A stretch of 64,000 bases of DNA from NCBI GenBank assembly GCA_051047955.1, contig JBPGPT010000035.1, forward strand, positions 62,001-126,000, in the 5' to 3' direction. Shown piece by piece: positions 12,094 through 24,921 of the stretch (positions within the stretch are counted from its first letter, which is position 1; every line of letters starts with the position of its first letter). The translations under genes and the position numbers were made by a program. This stretch comes from Cystobasidiomycetes sp. EMM_F5. Taxonomy: Eukaryota. The notes under the pieces were generated by a model, which saw only the letters and a list, made by a program, of their open reading frames with translations, was not told the origin of the DNA and made no database searches.

Positions 12094-14412
12094 CTATTTT
12101 CGGTTTGCATCGAATACGGCATCAGCAATGTAATTGGCAAAGATCTGTTTGCCGCCGCTGTGAAAGATTGCACGATCAGTATGCAATACATGATGAGCAG
12201 TACAGAGCGTAGACTTACAACCAGCGTCCATTGAGCTCCGCAATGGCTTTAGCAGCTTCATCAGTATTTGAAAAGCGTATGTAAATTTCGCCCTGAAAGC
12301 GTTCAAAAGTCAGCCGGAACCTCGGATTACGTAACCGTCATCGCTTACAGCAGTAGAGTCCTTGTCCAGATAGATTTCGACGACCTTTCCATACTTGGAT
12401 TCAGCCTCCTCTTTAACATCCGTACGAAGTTCAACATCCCAATCGCGCTCGGTCTCTTCCGCTGGATTGAACATGTTCTTGAGCAGAATAGACCTAGAGA
12501 CGGCTGTGGGAACATTGACTCGGAACCTTGGAAATATTTTCAAATGTTAGCATAATTACAGTAGATTGACATGAAGGGCTTACATAGGCTTATTAGGAAT
12601 ACTTGCAGCTCCGGTAGGCTCAGTGCGAGCAAGCTTCTGCATTAGCTCATATCTTGACGTATTGTTGAGACTGCCGCCTGTCGTTTCGACGTGCATCAGC
12701 GAATATACGGTCAACAATCGAGAAAAGTCGAACGCACCACCCTCTTCCAGACTATCGGGTCTCATGATGCCGCCGCCGCCACCGCCGCCTGTACTATTGA
12801 CACCAGCGCTACGATTTGGCATAACATTTGGGTTAGAACCGCCCTTTTCGGTCACCAAGCCAACTCGAATAGGTCTTCCCGCAATTTCGAAGCCATTCAT
12901 CTCTGCCAGCGCTTGTTGCGCGTCGGTGTGCTTGCGGAATTGGACGAAGCAGTAGCCTTTCGACTTCATGGTGAGATTGTCAAAGTGGAGGTCTACGACA
13001 TCGATGGCTCCAAAAGGTTCAAAGATCTGTCGAATGTCATTGTCTCGTAGAGAAAACGGAAGAGAACCGACATAGATACGATTCCATGGCACGGCAGAAT
13101 CGCCTCGTGCGTCTGACCCAGCTGGACTGTTAAATGTATGCGAGCGTCAGTCAATCGTGATGATATACGAAACAAACGTAATACGTACATGGAGATATGC
13201 TCTGGAACATTCGTAGGCTGCATTTGCATGCCGGCCTGCCGATTTCTTTCGGCTTCGGTGTATTGCACAATGATTGGAATACTGAGAAGGCGAGTTCCCG
13301 TCAGATTGATAGCTTTGCGGACATCCTCTAGATCAATGAATTCAACGTATGCAACGCTGAAAATATCAAGGTCAGTCCGTTGCTAGAATATCATATATCG
13401 ACAAATGCTCACCCCTTTGAACGCCTAGAGACTCTGTCAAGGATCACTCTTGCATCGCGCACCTTGCCTACGTGGGTTTCGAAGAATTGAAACAGTTCGC
13501 GATCTCCTACGCGGGCAGACAACTGAGAAACAAAGACTGAGCGCATCTCGTGCTCTTCCTCGGTCATATGATTGAGAGGTTCGCCTTGTTGAGGTTGAGC
13601 TGGACGAGTAGCTGTTTTGCGCTCGTCGTTGCGCTCGGAGTCGCGATTGCGCGAGTAGCGTTCCCTGTTTCAAAATGGGTCAGAAATTGTGCAGAGGCAT
13701 TACTATCTCATAGTAGCGCACCGGCTATCATCTCTACGGTCTCTTCCGCTAGACCTGCGATCGCGGTCACTACCCCTGCGGTCATCACGGTCGCGGTCAC
13801 GGTCACGATCCCTGTCCCGGTCGCTGCGTTCGTCCCTGTCACGGTGAGAAGACCTGCGGGAAGACGTGTCGCCTCTGGAAGACCTGTCACTGCGTTCGCG
13901 ATCCCGGTCTCGCGAACGAGAGCGGTGCCTCTTGCGATCCCTTCCAGCATCATCGTCTTCATCTCTAGGGCGCTCCCTTCGATGACTCGATGAACCGCTA
14001 TAGCTGCTCCTGCGGTCCTCAATGTCCTCGTCAATCACATGACGGTGTCTGCGGCTACTGCTTCCAGACGTGCGTTCCCTGGAGCGAGATCGTGAGCGTG
14101 AGCGTTCACCCTTGTCGCCTCTCGGAGTACGAGATCGGTCACGTCGACTCCTACGGTGTGAGCGGGATGAAGTGTGCGAGCGAGACGGTGATGTGGATCT
14201 GCGTGGAAGAATGCGAGTTTCAGTCGGTTTTCGAGGCTTTCCTTTGCCATCCTTTCGCACCTTTTTGACTAGATTAAAAGCGCAGTCAGCATTAGACAAG
14301 CTCAATACGATATTCAACCACTCACCCCATCACTGTGTCCATTCCGCCTGCTGCTCGCTGCGTTTGCCTTGCCCTCCTCGAGCAGCGCTTCCACCTGATC
14401 CAGCGCAGACAT
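12094..14412 (-). CDS. RBM39: RBM39/CAPER/Rsd1-like splicing factor (RS/RD-rich N-terminus, two RRMs and a UHM)
   Basis: RS/RD repeats; [11 protein letters not shown]...[54 protein letters not shown]. Confidence 0.92.
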
Positions 14413-14581
14413 TTTGTATTCGATTTTGCTGATTTGCGACGGGCCTTGCTGGCTGTTGAATGCTGAGACCTGCGTACACTTGAAAAATCTTGCAATGACC
14501 TGGTCGTCGTTGTTTGCACAAATTGTTAGGAGATTGACCTGTTTCCGCTCAAATTGCTCTCTTTTCGACCAAACGACAATA

Positions 14582-15445
14582 ATGTCAAACTGGAACAGGC
14601 CATCATGCAGGAGCGACGAGATGTGAGGATATGAATGAGATTATTGGGCGAGTCAAGGCCAAGTTGGCTGAGCAGTCACCTCCATTTCCAGCGAAAGAAT
14701 TCTGTCGAGCGTACAGCGATATGACCCTTCCGTAGCACCGATACTCGAAGACTACCTCGCTCAGCAGGTCGCCGACGACGAGTACGACGCCTACGCCAAC
14801 ATTGCCCTCCTCAAGCTCATCCAGTTTAATGAGAGCCTCGCAAATCCCGAAGGCCAGGACGCAGATGCGCCAGATTCTATAAGCCTGGTACTCGCCAAAG
14901 CACTGGCTCATGAACCCTTTGGACCAGACTTCAATCTATGCATGGCCCTCCTCGTTGACCGATTCAGCCCGACTCTGTCCTCCCCCGCAGCGATTCAAGG
15001 GCTGGAGAGTGCTACAAAATTATCGACGGCCCTGAAACAGCGAGACTTTGTCAAGTTCTGGAGTCTCCTGAAAGAGCACAATTCATCCAACGACACCTTC
15101 TCGACCGCCCTGCACAGTCTGCCACACTTCAATAACCTCGTGAGACGGAGCATCGGGAAATGCATTGCAGACACTTTCCGCAGCGTAGACAAGGCGAGAG
15201 CAAACAAGTGGTTGGGATACAGTGCAGAAGACAATGAGCTATCTGCTTTCATCGTGTCAATGGGGTGGACGCTGGACGGAGAGAATGTGAGAATACCCAG
15301 CACAGAGGCAAACGACCCGAAATCCTCGGTGCAGAGCGAGACGGTGGACCTAGCTCGTAAGCATTCACACACCGTAGTTTGTTACTCTAGCTGACAAGAC
15401 TCGACAGGCCTTGTCAGGACTTTGGGCCAGTCAATTCAAGCATAA
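14582..15445 (+). CDS. eIF3k: Translation initiation factor 3 subunit K (PCI domain)
   Basis: Spliced MSNWNRPSCRSDE|IERILSSVQRYDPSVAPILEDYLAQQV...YDAYANIALLKLIQFN...LAHEPFGPDFNLCMALL. C-terminal NDPKSSVQSETVDL. Confidence 0.9.
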
Positions 15446-15870
15446 AACAAGACCGAAGTTTCGATCATCGCGGTTTCGACAGTGGTTGTTGTATGCTGGA
15501 TCCAAGCAGGCGCGAATGCTTTCCTCTGAGTATACTTTCGCATCTCATTGCGGGTTGCTATACTTATTTGACTAATGGCATCCACCTAACGTCTCCGAGC
15601 GATGCGTCTAGCGCTGTCACTTTGCCTTCTACCTCGCTGATCTCATCACCGTGGATTCGGATTCGAAGGTCCGCTATCCTGATTTGAAGACGCTAATGAA
15701 GTACACCAAGCTGGTCGCGAACGGGCAGGTGGAAGAATCGTGACTTTTGTCAAAGGCTATCATTGACGTTACAGCTTAGATTTGCCGAGAGGCGCCACAG
15801 GGCTCACTACAGTCCCTTATCATATTTCCAAGCCAGCCCTTCCTGACTGCGCGTTCTCTGTCTCTACTCT

Positions 15871-16900
15871 TCACTTCGGGCTTAGATCGATGATCTCTAT
15901 CAGATGTGGGTGTGTGGTGGATTGAAGTTTGTACAAGCACCGTGCCATTTCCGGAGGGGAAACCGACTCGCACAGACACGCCAGCTTGATGAGGCTACGG
16001 GGCAGGCGCCACGGATTTGCTGCAAGTGCACGAAGGGGGATGGCATGGAACCTCAGTTCTTCCAGGTGTGGGAATCGGCTCATATTGAAAACGTAGTTGA
16101 TGTAATCTAACTCGCTGATCCTCAACGTGAGACTTCGAAGACTTTGCTCGATATAGCAATCGGAAAGCATCCGCCAAAATTCGTACATTGCACCCGTGTA
16201 AATGTCCAGCGCAGAAATCATTGGAGCCCTTCGCATCGCGTCCTTAAGTAGAGGATCGATATGATGTGTGATGTTCGCACGTATAGCAAATACGCGCGAA
16301 AGGTCCAAGTATTGAGTACATGTATGAATCCACACGTCGGAGACACCCAGCACTGGCTTATGTACTGTTTTATAACCAACGATCCGCAAGACATGCGGTT
16401 TCAAGGACCACAAAATCCAGATCATCTGCTGTCGGCGTGTGGGAGGATCGTCGAGTTGAGCTGCGTGATGGGCGCTAACAAGGATCTCGGAGTATGCCGC
16501 AAGTAGCCTGCGTAGTCTCGGGCTTCGAGGGCACTTGTCACCGTCGCGCTCCTGTCCGCGCCATGAGAGAGTGTACTCAGAGCTCGCTATCGCGACCCTC
16601 CGAATTACAGCATCATCGACAAACCGCATGACACTTTTGCTAACTCTCGCATGATCTGACAACTGAAAACGTCAGCTTTATGATCGTCGAGAGGAATTTC
16701 CGTTGGGTAGCAGAAGAATGGAACTCGCCAAGTGGGGATTCAGCAAAGCATAAGCGAAGAAGGTCGTTCGGGAGACGCTGTAACCTGGATCTCTGTTGGC
16801 TCGATGTCGTCTTCCGGGCAAGCGCTTGGCAGAAGGATATTAATCCACGGTGTGGTGAGCCCAGTAGGCACTTTGATGGCGTAGTTGATGAGCCTGACAT
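15871..16900 (-). CDS. F-box-like protein with LRR-like C-terminal region (3' end uncertain)
   Basis: RLQRLPNDLLRLCFAESPL|DHARVSK after a GC-AG intron. LRR-like repeats SLRSLTLRI, FPHLEELRF, LPRSLIKL. Confidence 0.6.
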
Positions 16901-17603
16901 TACGCAGTGCTCATGGAAACGAGTGCTGTGGTGCCTTGATCGAAGATCAGTAGGTACGGAGTAGGCATGGGGAGAAAGAGGACAGTAAAGAAAGGTGGGT
17001 AAGGTAGTAAGGTGGGTAACATGGCTGTGCTACTGTATACGGTATGTTTAACGGTCATGGGTATGTAAAACTCCTGTAGTAAGGATATCATTGGCTACAT
17101 CATGACCAGCAGACTTTGGATCGCTTGTCGCTGGTCCTCTCCTCATATTGTCGGCTCGTCAATGCTCTGCATTGTGGGAGTCAATATGAGGCAAGGCGTA
17201 TCGACCCTTTTGAGCGAGTCTAGCAGCATTAGAGCCGTTCAAGATGCATGAATCTGTCGGTGCCCATCTCGCGCATTTATGGGAGTGCAGTGTAGCCTGA
17301 CGATCTTTAGCAGTTGAGCGGTGCTGTGCTGACATTCTGCAGCTGAATGACGGGAATTAGTATTCGACGCCAAACGTAGCCCGGATAGCCTGAATGTGAA
17401 GCCTCTTTACGGCGACCTCTTATGGATGTCTGTTTGAGACGTATTAGGAGCAACCGAATTCGCACCTATCGCGATTTGCCGTCGTATGGTATCCTGTTAG
17501 ATCAAGTAGACGTCGCAGGCAGAACTTGAGAGGAGTTGCTCAAGCAGCATCAGCTCCTTGAAAGCCATCTGCTCAAGTTCTGTGCAGCTGATGGTACTGT
17601 ACC

Positions 17604-19100
17604 TCAGGCGTCCACGCGTTCCATTAAGAGTCGATCTAAGGCTACAAGTCTGGCCTTCACTTCCCTTATACCATCATCGAGAATGTTTGCTATACTGAAT
17701 CGAAGATGCTGTTGATCTTGTTCCTTCTGTACACGTTTGGCATCTGCCGCCAGTACGATCCCCTCCCCAAAGAAGATGGCCGGCAGAGTGACTACACCTA
17801 CTTTTTGCGCGAGCGCCATGCCCACATCGATACTCGACATGCCGATACTAGTGTAAGGATGCCTCACGAATGCATAGTAGGCACCCAAGCCATCAATCTG
17901 CCAGCCCGGCCAGGAATCTGCGTCTCCCCGCTCTTGTGAAATAGTAGCATTTGCTGCATTGAGCACCTCGCGAAATAATTGCCCACGATGAATGAGTTCG
18001 TCTCGTCGTTCATTCCTCCATTGCTGTTGTTCTTCATTACTGATGGCCCACTCTAAAGTCTTTTGCGCAGGCACTGGTGCGCAAATGAGCACGACATCGG
18101 TGATTTTCGAAATATCATTGCTCAGTAGTCCCGCTGAAGCGACAATCGCTCCCACGCGGTGCCCAGGAATAGCGTACGACTTGCTAAAGGACTGGATAGA
18201 AATGAGTGTGCGAGACCAGTCCGGACGACGGAAGAGGCGATGACCGGGAAGTTGGTACGGCGCCAAGAAATCACGATACGTTTCGTCTATTATGAGAGCG
18301 AGTTGATGTTTACGACATAGATCGAAGAAGGAGTCGATGAGGTCAGCAGAATATATCGAGCCAGTCGCTGGAAGGACACATCAAGTCAGATTGAAGCTGG
18401 AACTAGGGTTTGATAGCAAGACTGACGGTTATTTGGCGTAACTAGTACTATCGCTCGCGTTCGTTCAATTATTAGAGCTTCCGCATCGTCGACTGTCGGA
18501 ATGAACCCGCCTTTGGTTGAATCGTGAATACCTGCTAACGGAACAAGCTTGATTCCCAGCTCGTCCAGGCACATTTCGTGGTTAAAGTACCAGGGAGAGG
18601 GCAGGATTACCTCATCCCCAGCCCCAGCTAATGCTTGCAATACTACCTGGGCGGCCATATTGGCGCCTGCAGTAATGACGACATTCTGTATTTACGAATT
18701 AGATGTATCGTATGCGATGCTTTCGAGCTCACTTCTCCGGTGACCTGTCCACCGTACGTCGTACTGATATCGTTCGCAAGAGCTTCACGCAGTCCAGGTT
18801 CTCCCTGCAGCGCACCATACCGGGTATTGGCAGGATCGGCACTTTCTTTCGCCAAACGGTCCAGGAAAGCTTTGTTGGGCGGAGTTGATGGTACGCCCTG
18901 ATTATTATGAGAATATCAGCGTATCAGCTTGCTTCAATCAGTCGAGTCTAGCATGCCTGCGTCAGTAATAAAGTCCGACCGAGTGATCCATCATAATCTA
19001 TAGACCATTTGAGGGCCGTCTGAATCGGGGCAGGGTTTGTTGCGCGTATGTCTGCATTCACGCGGTATGCGATGGTATTCGGTGTTGAGCTTTCAGCCAT
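17604..19100 (-). CDS. PLP-dependent class I/II aminotransferase
   Basis: LTQ|GVPSTPP, YGALQGEPGLREALA, GDEVILPSPWYFNH, IVLVTPNN, IIDETYRDF, SFSKSYAIPGHRVG (PLP lysine), LRFSIAN. Confidence 0.92.
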
Positions 19101-19258
19101 CTGTATGTTGGCAGGTCACACAATTACCTCAAGACCTCAAACAACTTCGAGACCCTTCTAGGACTTTACTCTGCTTCAACTTGAATAATGCTTTTACTTT
19201 GACCTAATAACCTGCAATTATCAACTGCTGTGATTGCTAATCACCACTGCATGCATGG

Positions 19259-20185
19259 ATGACCACCGCCCAGCTTCGTGGCTTTCCCACCTTTCCATCA
19301 GCACCGGTTTGGCCGGCTGCACCGAGTAACCAAACGCAGCCCTACAGAAACAAGCACAAGCACGATGAGTTAGAGGACGAGGAGAATGATGGCGTGGAAG
19401 AGGGGGATACTCCCAATCCAGCCGATGATGGGTTCATTGATGGAGATCAAGCGCCGGCTGCTTCCAAAGCTAGAACAACCAAGCGAATCAAGACCTCGCA
19501 TACTCCACTGGACTTCGAACCCACCTTCAATGCAATGTCTCTGGCACGTTCGGACGGTCCAGCTAGCCTGTTCCCTCCATCCCGCATATCTGCCTTGGAG
19601 ACGCCCAGAAGCGAACGTCAGTCCACCCCATTTCCCAGTAGTGCAGAGAGCTCTCCTCTGCGCAACACAAGACGGCCAGTCAAAGAAGTCCGTATGCAAC
19701 AAGACGAACGGACAGACCCTTCACGTCCGCATGTCGTATTCGTAGACTCGCTCACAGATTCTGAAGACGATTCAGCGGCAGACGAGAGCACATCAACATC
19801 TCGGCATGATACAGACGCAGATCTATCGTCATCAGACTTGGAAGACGGGAATGCCTCGCTTCTGAACGGGTTCGGCCATGCGAAGCGACCATTGCGATTA
19901 AACAGTCGCCTCCGTCAACATCTGACTGAACACTCCATGCCCAGCCAAAACGCGCTTGCAAAAGGATTACATGCTGCCGGACCAGGAGCAGTCCAGGAAC
20001 GCGGACTAGTACTGTACCGCCCGCTCAGTTTTGGTATAGTGGAAGAGCCAGCCACCGAGCAGGATGGATTAGACGACAGCAATGACGGAGTCGAGGTGGA
20101 GGAGATACCCGTCAGTCCTAAGAATAACAACAGCGCCGAAATTATGACGGAGGATCCCGAAGATGCTAGCATGGAAGTAGATTGA
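19259..20185 (+). CDS. Intronless acidic low-complexity protein of unknown function
   Basis: 308-aa ORF filling the gap between the aminotransferase and SHP1. Contains a short GLVLYRPL motif and ends ...SMEVD. Confidence 0.75.
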   Translation: MTTAQLRGFPTFPSAPVWPAAPSNQTQPYRNKHKHDELEDEENDGVEEGDTPNPADDGFIDGDQAPAASKARTTKRIKTSHTPLDFEPTFNAMSLARSDGPASLFPPSRISALETPRSERQSTPFPSSAESSPLRNTRRPVKEVRMQQDERTDPSRPHVVFVDSLTDSEDDSAADESTSTSRHDTDADLSSSDLEDGNASLLNGFGHAKRPLRLNSRLRQHLTEHSMPSQNALAKGLHAAGPGAVQERGLVLYRPLSFGIVEEPATEQDGLDDSNDGVEVEEIPVSPKNNNSAEIMTEDPEDASMEVD

Positions 20186-20277
20186 AGCCACGACTGACCG
20201 CGAAATATCAGGTCATTCCGTTTCAGATTGCACAATGAACCGTCTTGCAACAAAGTAACACAACGGCACTGACACGA

Positions 20278-22101
20278 CTACGTCCATCTCTGCGTGACTA
20301 CTGCATTCAACAGTCCGGCATCCTTGATGCTCTGATTCTCATCTTCAAGATCCTTTCTCGGAAACGGAACCATCAATGCATAATTTCTGCTCGCCATGCC
20401 CGCATTGCTTGCGTTGATGTAGCGTCTTATATCTCCGATCGTATGGTCATGATTGAAGCGAGCTGTCTGTCGGGTCCCGTCGACTAGCCTGATTTGCAGC
20501 GTGGTGATTGGTTTGTCATTGTCAACTTCGAAAGCTGAAGATGATGTTCCGGTACTTGATAGTGCTGGAGGATTACTGGCGTTACCGCCAATGCCGGCCG
20601 ATGGGACAGCCGAGCCCGTGCGTAGTATAGACGGCTGACTTGAACTGGCTGACGTAGGAGAAGCTGGAGCAGGCTCAGGCGCACCCAGCCTATTACCGGA
20701 GCCTTTGAATGGTTTGAGAGGTTTCGGTGGGCCCGGAACGTAATCTTCACCCGTCCTCTGCGATACACGCAGCTCAACTTGTTGGCCGTAGCGAACATTC
20801 AAAACATTCTCCGGTGCTGTGCCGGCTTGAATAGCTTGAAGAGTCTGCATATTGCTTGGCACATCGTATCGCATAAGAGGACCATCTTCAACGCTGAATC
20901 CGTCTCGCCAGAGCGTAAGATGACGAGTCACGCTCTCTTCGTTGTAGTCTTCAGGCAATTCGCGGTTCGGATCGACAGGAGGGGCTCGTCTCCCAAACAT
21001 ATTACGGAAAACGGATGGTAGGATGCCGGTGCCTTGACTAGGCGAGGGCATCGTCGGCTGTTCTGCTGTTGCGGATGGAACAGGTTGTGATGGAGTATCT
21101 TCAGAGCCGAGCGTGTTGCCTTGAAAGTATGACTACGTTAGATTTGGTCATCACTTTTCACAATAATACACGCACCACCTCCACCGAAAGCTCCTGATGT
21201 GCTGGCCTTTGGTGCCGGTGTTGCTGTCTTCATCTTGCTGCCCCTACAAGCCGACAACGGTTAGACGTGTCCGTTTGTACAGTGCATTATGAATCGACGC
21301 ACTCTGCAGCCTTCTTCAACAGATTCCGGACAGTCTCGTTCGGACCATCTGGCGTCTTTTCCTTCTTCTTGTTTGCATTTGGGTCTTGTACGGAGATACC
21401 ACTGTATTGATAGCAATTTGTCAGCATGAACACACCAAGATGCGCCTTTAGCATACTCACCTCTTCTCACCACCTGCAAACCAGCTCGTCGGCTTCTTCT
21501 TGTCCTTGTCGCTCTCGTCATCGCTGTCGTTGTTGGAATTGCCCCAAAGTGTCGCAATCTTGCCCGTACCAGCCTGACGTAACCCAGGCCCTCTCGGCTT
21601 GGCTGGAGCTGCAGTGGTCGATGAAGACGAAGCCGTGGCATCTGCTTGTGCAGAGCTACCTTCGCCGCCCAAAGTGTTGCCGCTACCTCTGAATGCACTG
21701 CTCGTAGGTGCTGTATGGGCACCACTCTCTTCGTCGTCGCTGTCATCTTCGTCTTCGTTGTCGCGAGCGTGTCCTGTGTTTCTTCGGTCCATGTCTACAT
21801 CTTCGTCATCGTCGTCGTCACTGTCCACCCTGGCGCTCGCACCAGATCCATAGAATGCTTGCAAGGCAATCTGTAATACAACAGTCAGCGTGTCAATCAT
21901 TAGCCCATATATTTCAGCCATTGCCTGCCTCTAGGTCTCCATTAGAACTCTCCAGGTAAGCTCTGCCTTCTTCGGGTGATGTGTTTGTAATGGCTGTTGA
22001 ATTAGAACGCACAGTAATGGATTTAAGTCAGTCGACTGGGCATATTGTAATAGTCATATTGATGCGCATTCACCTCTGAAATGCTCTATAGCCTCATCCA
22101 T
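20278..22101 (-). CDS. SHP1: p47/Shp1 Cdc48 cofactor (UBA-like, SEP and UBX domains)
   Basis: YLESSNGDLE|IALQAFY; WFAGGEK; RHLTLWRDGFSVEDGPLMRYD (SEP); FKGSGNRLG (SHP box); TTLQIRLVDG...FNHDHTIGD...FPRK...LLNAVVTQR (UBX). Confidence 0.95.
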
Positions 22102-22322
22102 GTTTGGGTTGGAGAAATACGAAACAGTGACGCGGTCAAATGGAAAGGCAACACGGACAATACGCAGTCGAACAGTCAAAGAATTACGCATACATTCCGT
22201 TTACAACGTGGAAGGAAACAGACTGCTTGCGTTTACACTGCACTTATTGCTGCCTGAGTGCGATTGCCGATAACGACACCTGAACTGATTGCACCTCGTC
22301 ACTTCCTTTCTTTGAGAATTGT

Positions 22323-23883
22323 CTAAACAAATAGCGACTCCAGATCCCGGCGCGTCTCGGCAATGCCCGCCTTGAGTGTCTTGCCTTTGACAATTTCCAG
22401 ACTTTCTCCGCTGTAGCTGAGGAGGGGACTGATTTCCACTTCCACTTCATCGCTAATGTTTGCACCAGCATTCTTGAGCCATCTACGCTGAAGAGCGAGT
22501 AGATCACGCCGACTCGTTTCTGGATCGTCAGACCCAGTGCGCGGAGCATTCTTGAGCGGGGAAAACTCATTCTTGCGCTCTACTTCCAGCAGAGCATGTT
22601 CATGCAGGCCAAGGAGTGGTAAAACATCAAAGATGAACTGTTCCAACTTCATCCCATTGGGCTTGTCAGGTTTGACTTGTTGACCGGAAGAGAGGTCTGT
22701 ATGGGGAATCTTCTTGCGTGCGATATGGTACGCCATCTTACCGGACGACAGGCCAGTGTCGAGAAAGGATACGTTATAAAAGTGATTGGCAATATTTGCG
22801 GCGCGATAGACGAGTTCGCCAGACTCATCGCGGGCTTCAGACAATTCCTTGCTGATTTCAGAGTACTCAATGACGTTCCATTTCCCTCCCTTGAGAGCGA
22901 CTACCCCAACACTTTCGGAAGCCTGCGTCTTCTTGACGACCTTTGTTCCGCATTGCGCATCCTTGCCGATGCAGTAGCCCAAAAATACAGGGTCGCCGAC
23001 CTTGGCCAGACAGTTGTCTACACAGTAAGCATAGACGTAGCGGATCCCTCGCTTCTTCATGTCTTGAAGGACTGTAAAGTCCTGTCCCGTCGCCTTTTGC
23101 GCACTGAGGGCGGCGTAGATCCCGCCGTTACCGTCTGGCGCCACGGCTACACGACTTTGCGTCTCCATGAACATCTTGCCGTCGTTGGTGAGGCACGGTA
23201 ATACGCCTTAGTTACGAGCAGGTTCAGCTATGAAAGTGTACATTTTCGGCGGCATTGTACAGACCTTGATTGAAAAATGTCACGTTGGCTTTGGCCAGTC
23301 CAAAGAAATCGTTCTTGGTAAAGAACGCCTCGGTCGCAGCTCGTGTAGGACCGCTTGTCATAATGTACCATGGCAGAACGACGTTGCCATTACTCTTGTT
23401 TGCCTTTCTACCAGCCAGATTCTGCAGACTTGCGATCCGTTCGGCCTGTAACTGAAACAGGCTCTTGTGCGAGGGTAGGGCGATATCGTAGCAGCCTTTT
23501 GGATCTGAACTACCCAGACGAGTTCCCTGACCGCCTGCGAGGAGAATAATGGCGACCTGTCCAGCTGCAATGGCATCCAGACCAGCCTGTTCCCAATTCC
23601 CAACATCCTCGTTCGATGACGAGTTGGAACCGCTGGCTGTGCTCGAGCTGGCATCAGCTGGCGGTGGACTGATATCAGATGATGAGGAAGATGATGATGA
23701 AGCCTGGGCACTGTCTGCCTCCATCGACAGCTTGTAGGCTGAATTGACGTGGTCTGGGTCTATTGACGCGAGCTGCTCGAGCAGTGATTCCTGGTCATCC
23801 TCGCTGAGCCGGTCGTAGAATGTAAACACATGCTCCTGCCCAGCTGCTGCATACTGGCGTCGCAGGCTGTCGTAGTCTGCCAT
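22323..23883 (-). CDS. UAP1: UDP-N-acetylglucosamine pyrophosphorylase
   Basis: LLAGGQGTRLGSSDPKG, PWYIMTSGPT, APDGNGGIY, YCVDN, IEYSE, KLEQFIFDV, EFSPLKNA. Confidence 0.97.
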
Positions 23884-24040
23884 GGTGCAGTCAATGCAAA
23901 GTCTAGCAAGATTATTGTCAACAGACTGCTTCAAGTACGCGCTCAAAGGGAAATATCGGATGAAAAGCTGGCTTGGACAGATTCAGTGACATGTAGCACG
24001 ACAACGTTCCGTAGTCCACGCCGTTACCGCGCTTTAATCT

Positions 24041-24508
24041 CTACAGCCGCTTGGGTCTTGCTGGCTCTTTGCGGATCCCAACACCCAGCACGAAAGCGAG
24101 CCGTACGAGGCCAAGCACGGCTGTTCCAATCATCTGACCCTTCTCCTCTGGCCGCATAGCCGACAAGCTCAAGCGGCCCTGCCTGTCCAAGACTCTCCAG
24201 AACCCGCCTACGACCCCGACATCGACGAGAACCCCGGCAAATTGAACGCACTTCCATACTCCGACGTCGTTTGGCCTGAGACGGAGTAGAACGACTTGAA
24301 GGAATGCCAGAGACGCAAAGAAACCGCCCAACGCGTCCAAGGCCAGTGCTGTCTCGTGAGCAGGCGGACTGAGCACGTTTGGGGCAAAGCCTTTGAGGTA
24401 GTCGACTGGAGTCATTGTTGTAGCGTAGACGCCGTACAGCGCAGTCAGGGGATCAATGTACGTCCATAGTATGCGCCAGAAAGCGGGGATGGGAGAGCGG
24501 GTTGACAT
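24041..24508 (-). CDS. Small four-TM fungal membrane protein of unknown function
   Basis: IPAFWRILWTYIDPLTALYG followed by further hydrophobic segments; intronless. Confidence 0.75.
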   Translation of the reverse strand: MSTRSPIPAFWRILWTYIDPLTALYGVYATTMTPVDYLKGFAPNVLSPPAHETALALDALGGFFASLAFLQVVLLRLRPNDVGVWKCVQFAGVLVDVGVVGGFWRVLDRQGRLSLSAMRPEEKGQMIGTAVLGLVRLAFVLGVGIRKEPARPKRL

Positions 24509-24921
24509 GGAGAAACTTGAAGCTGGAGAGATGGTGATTGTAAGCTCGGAAGAGAGACTCGTTCGTAAAAGCATACCGACCAGGCGATTTCAAGGCCTCT
24601 TGAAGGTCTTCTTGCTTGATTTGACACGGACAGGGGGCGAGCTTTACTGCTTTGCTTAGCTGCCTTTGCAAGGTGTCAACACGCGAGGAGTATTCCCGTT
24701 GTAACGCGACTGCGCTCACGCGTTATAACGTTGCAGACTTGTAGTCGCCTTGAGTTGAGGCCACTGCCTCGTCGCAACACTTTGATATCCAGCAAAGCTG
24801 CTAACAACGTAGCTCTAGGACGACATGTCGTCGCACTAGTACGGGCCAAGAATGACACAATCACGTGGGCCTTACAGTACAATTGCGGAGACACATGGTC
24901 GGACGACTTATCGACAACAAG

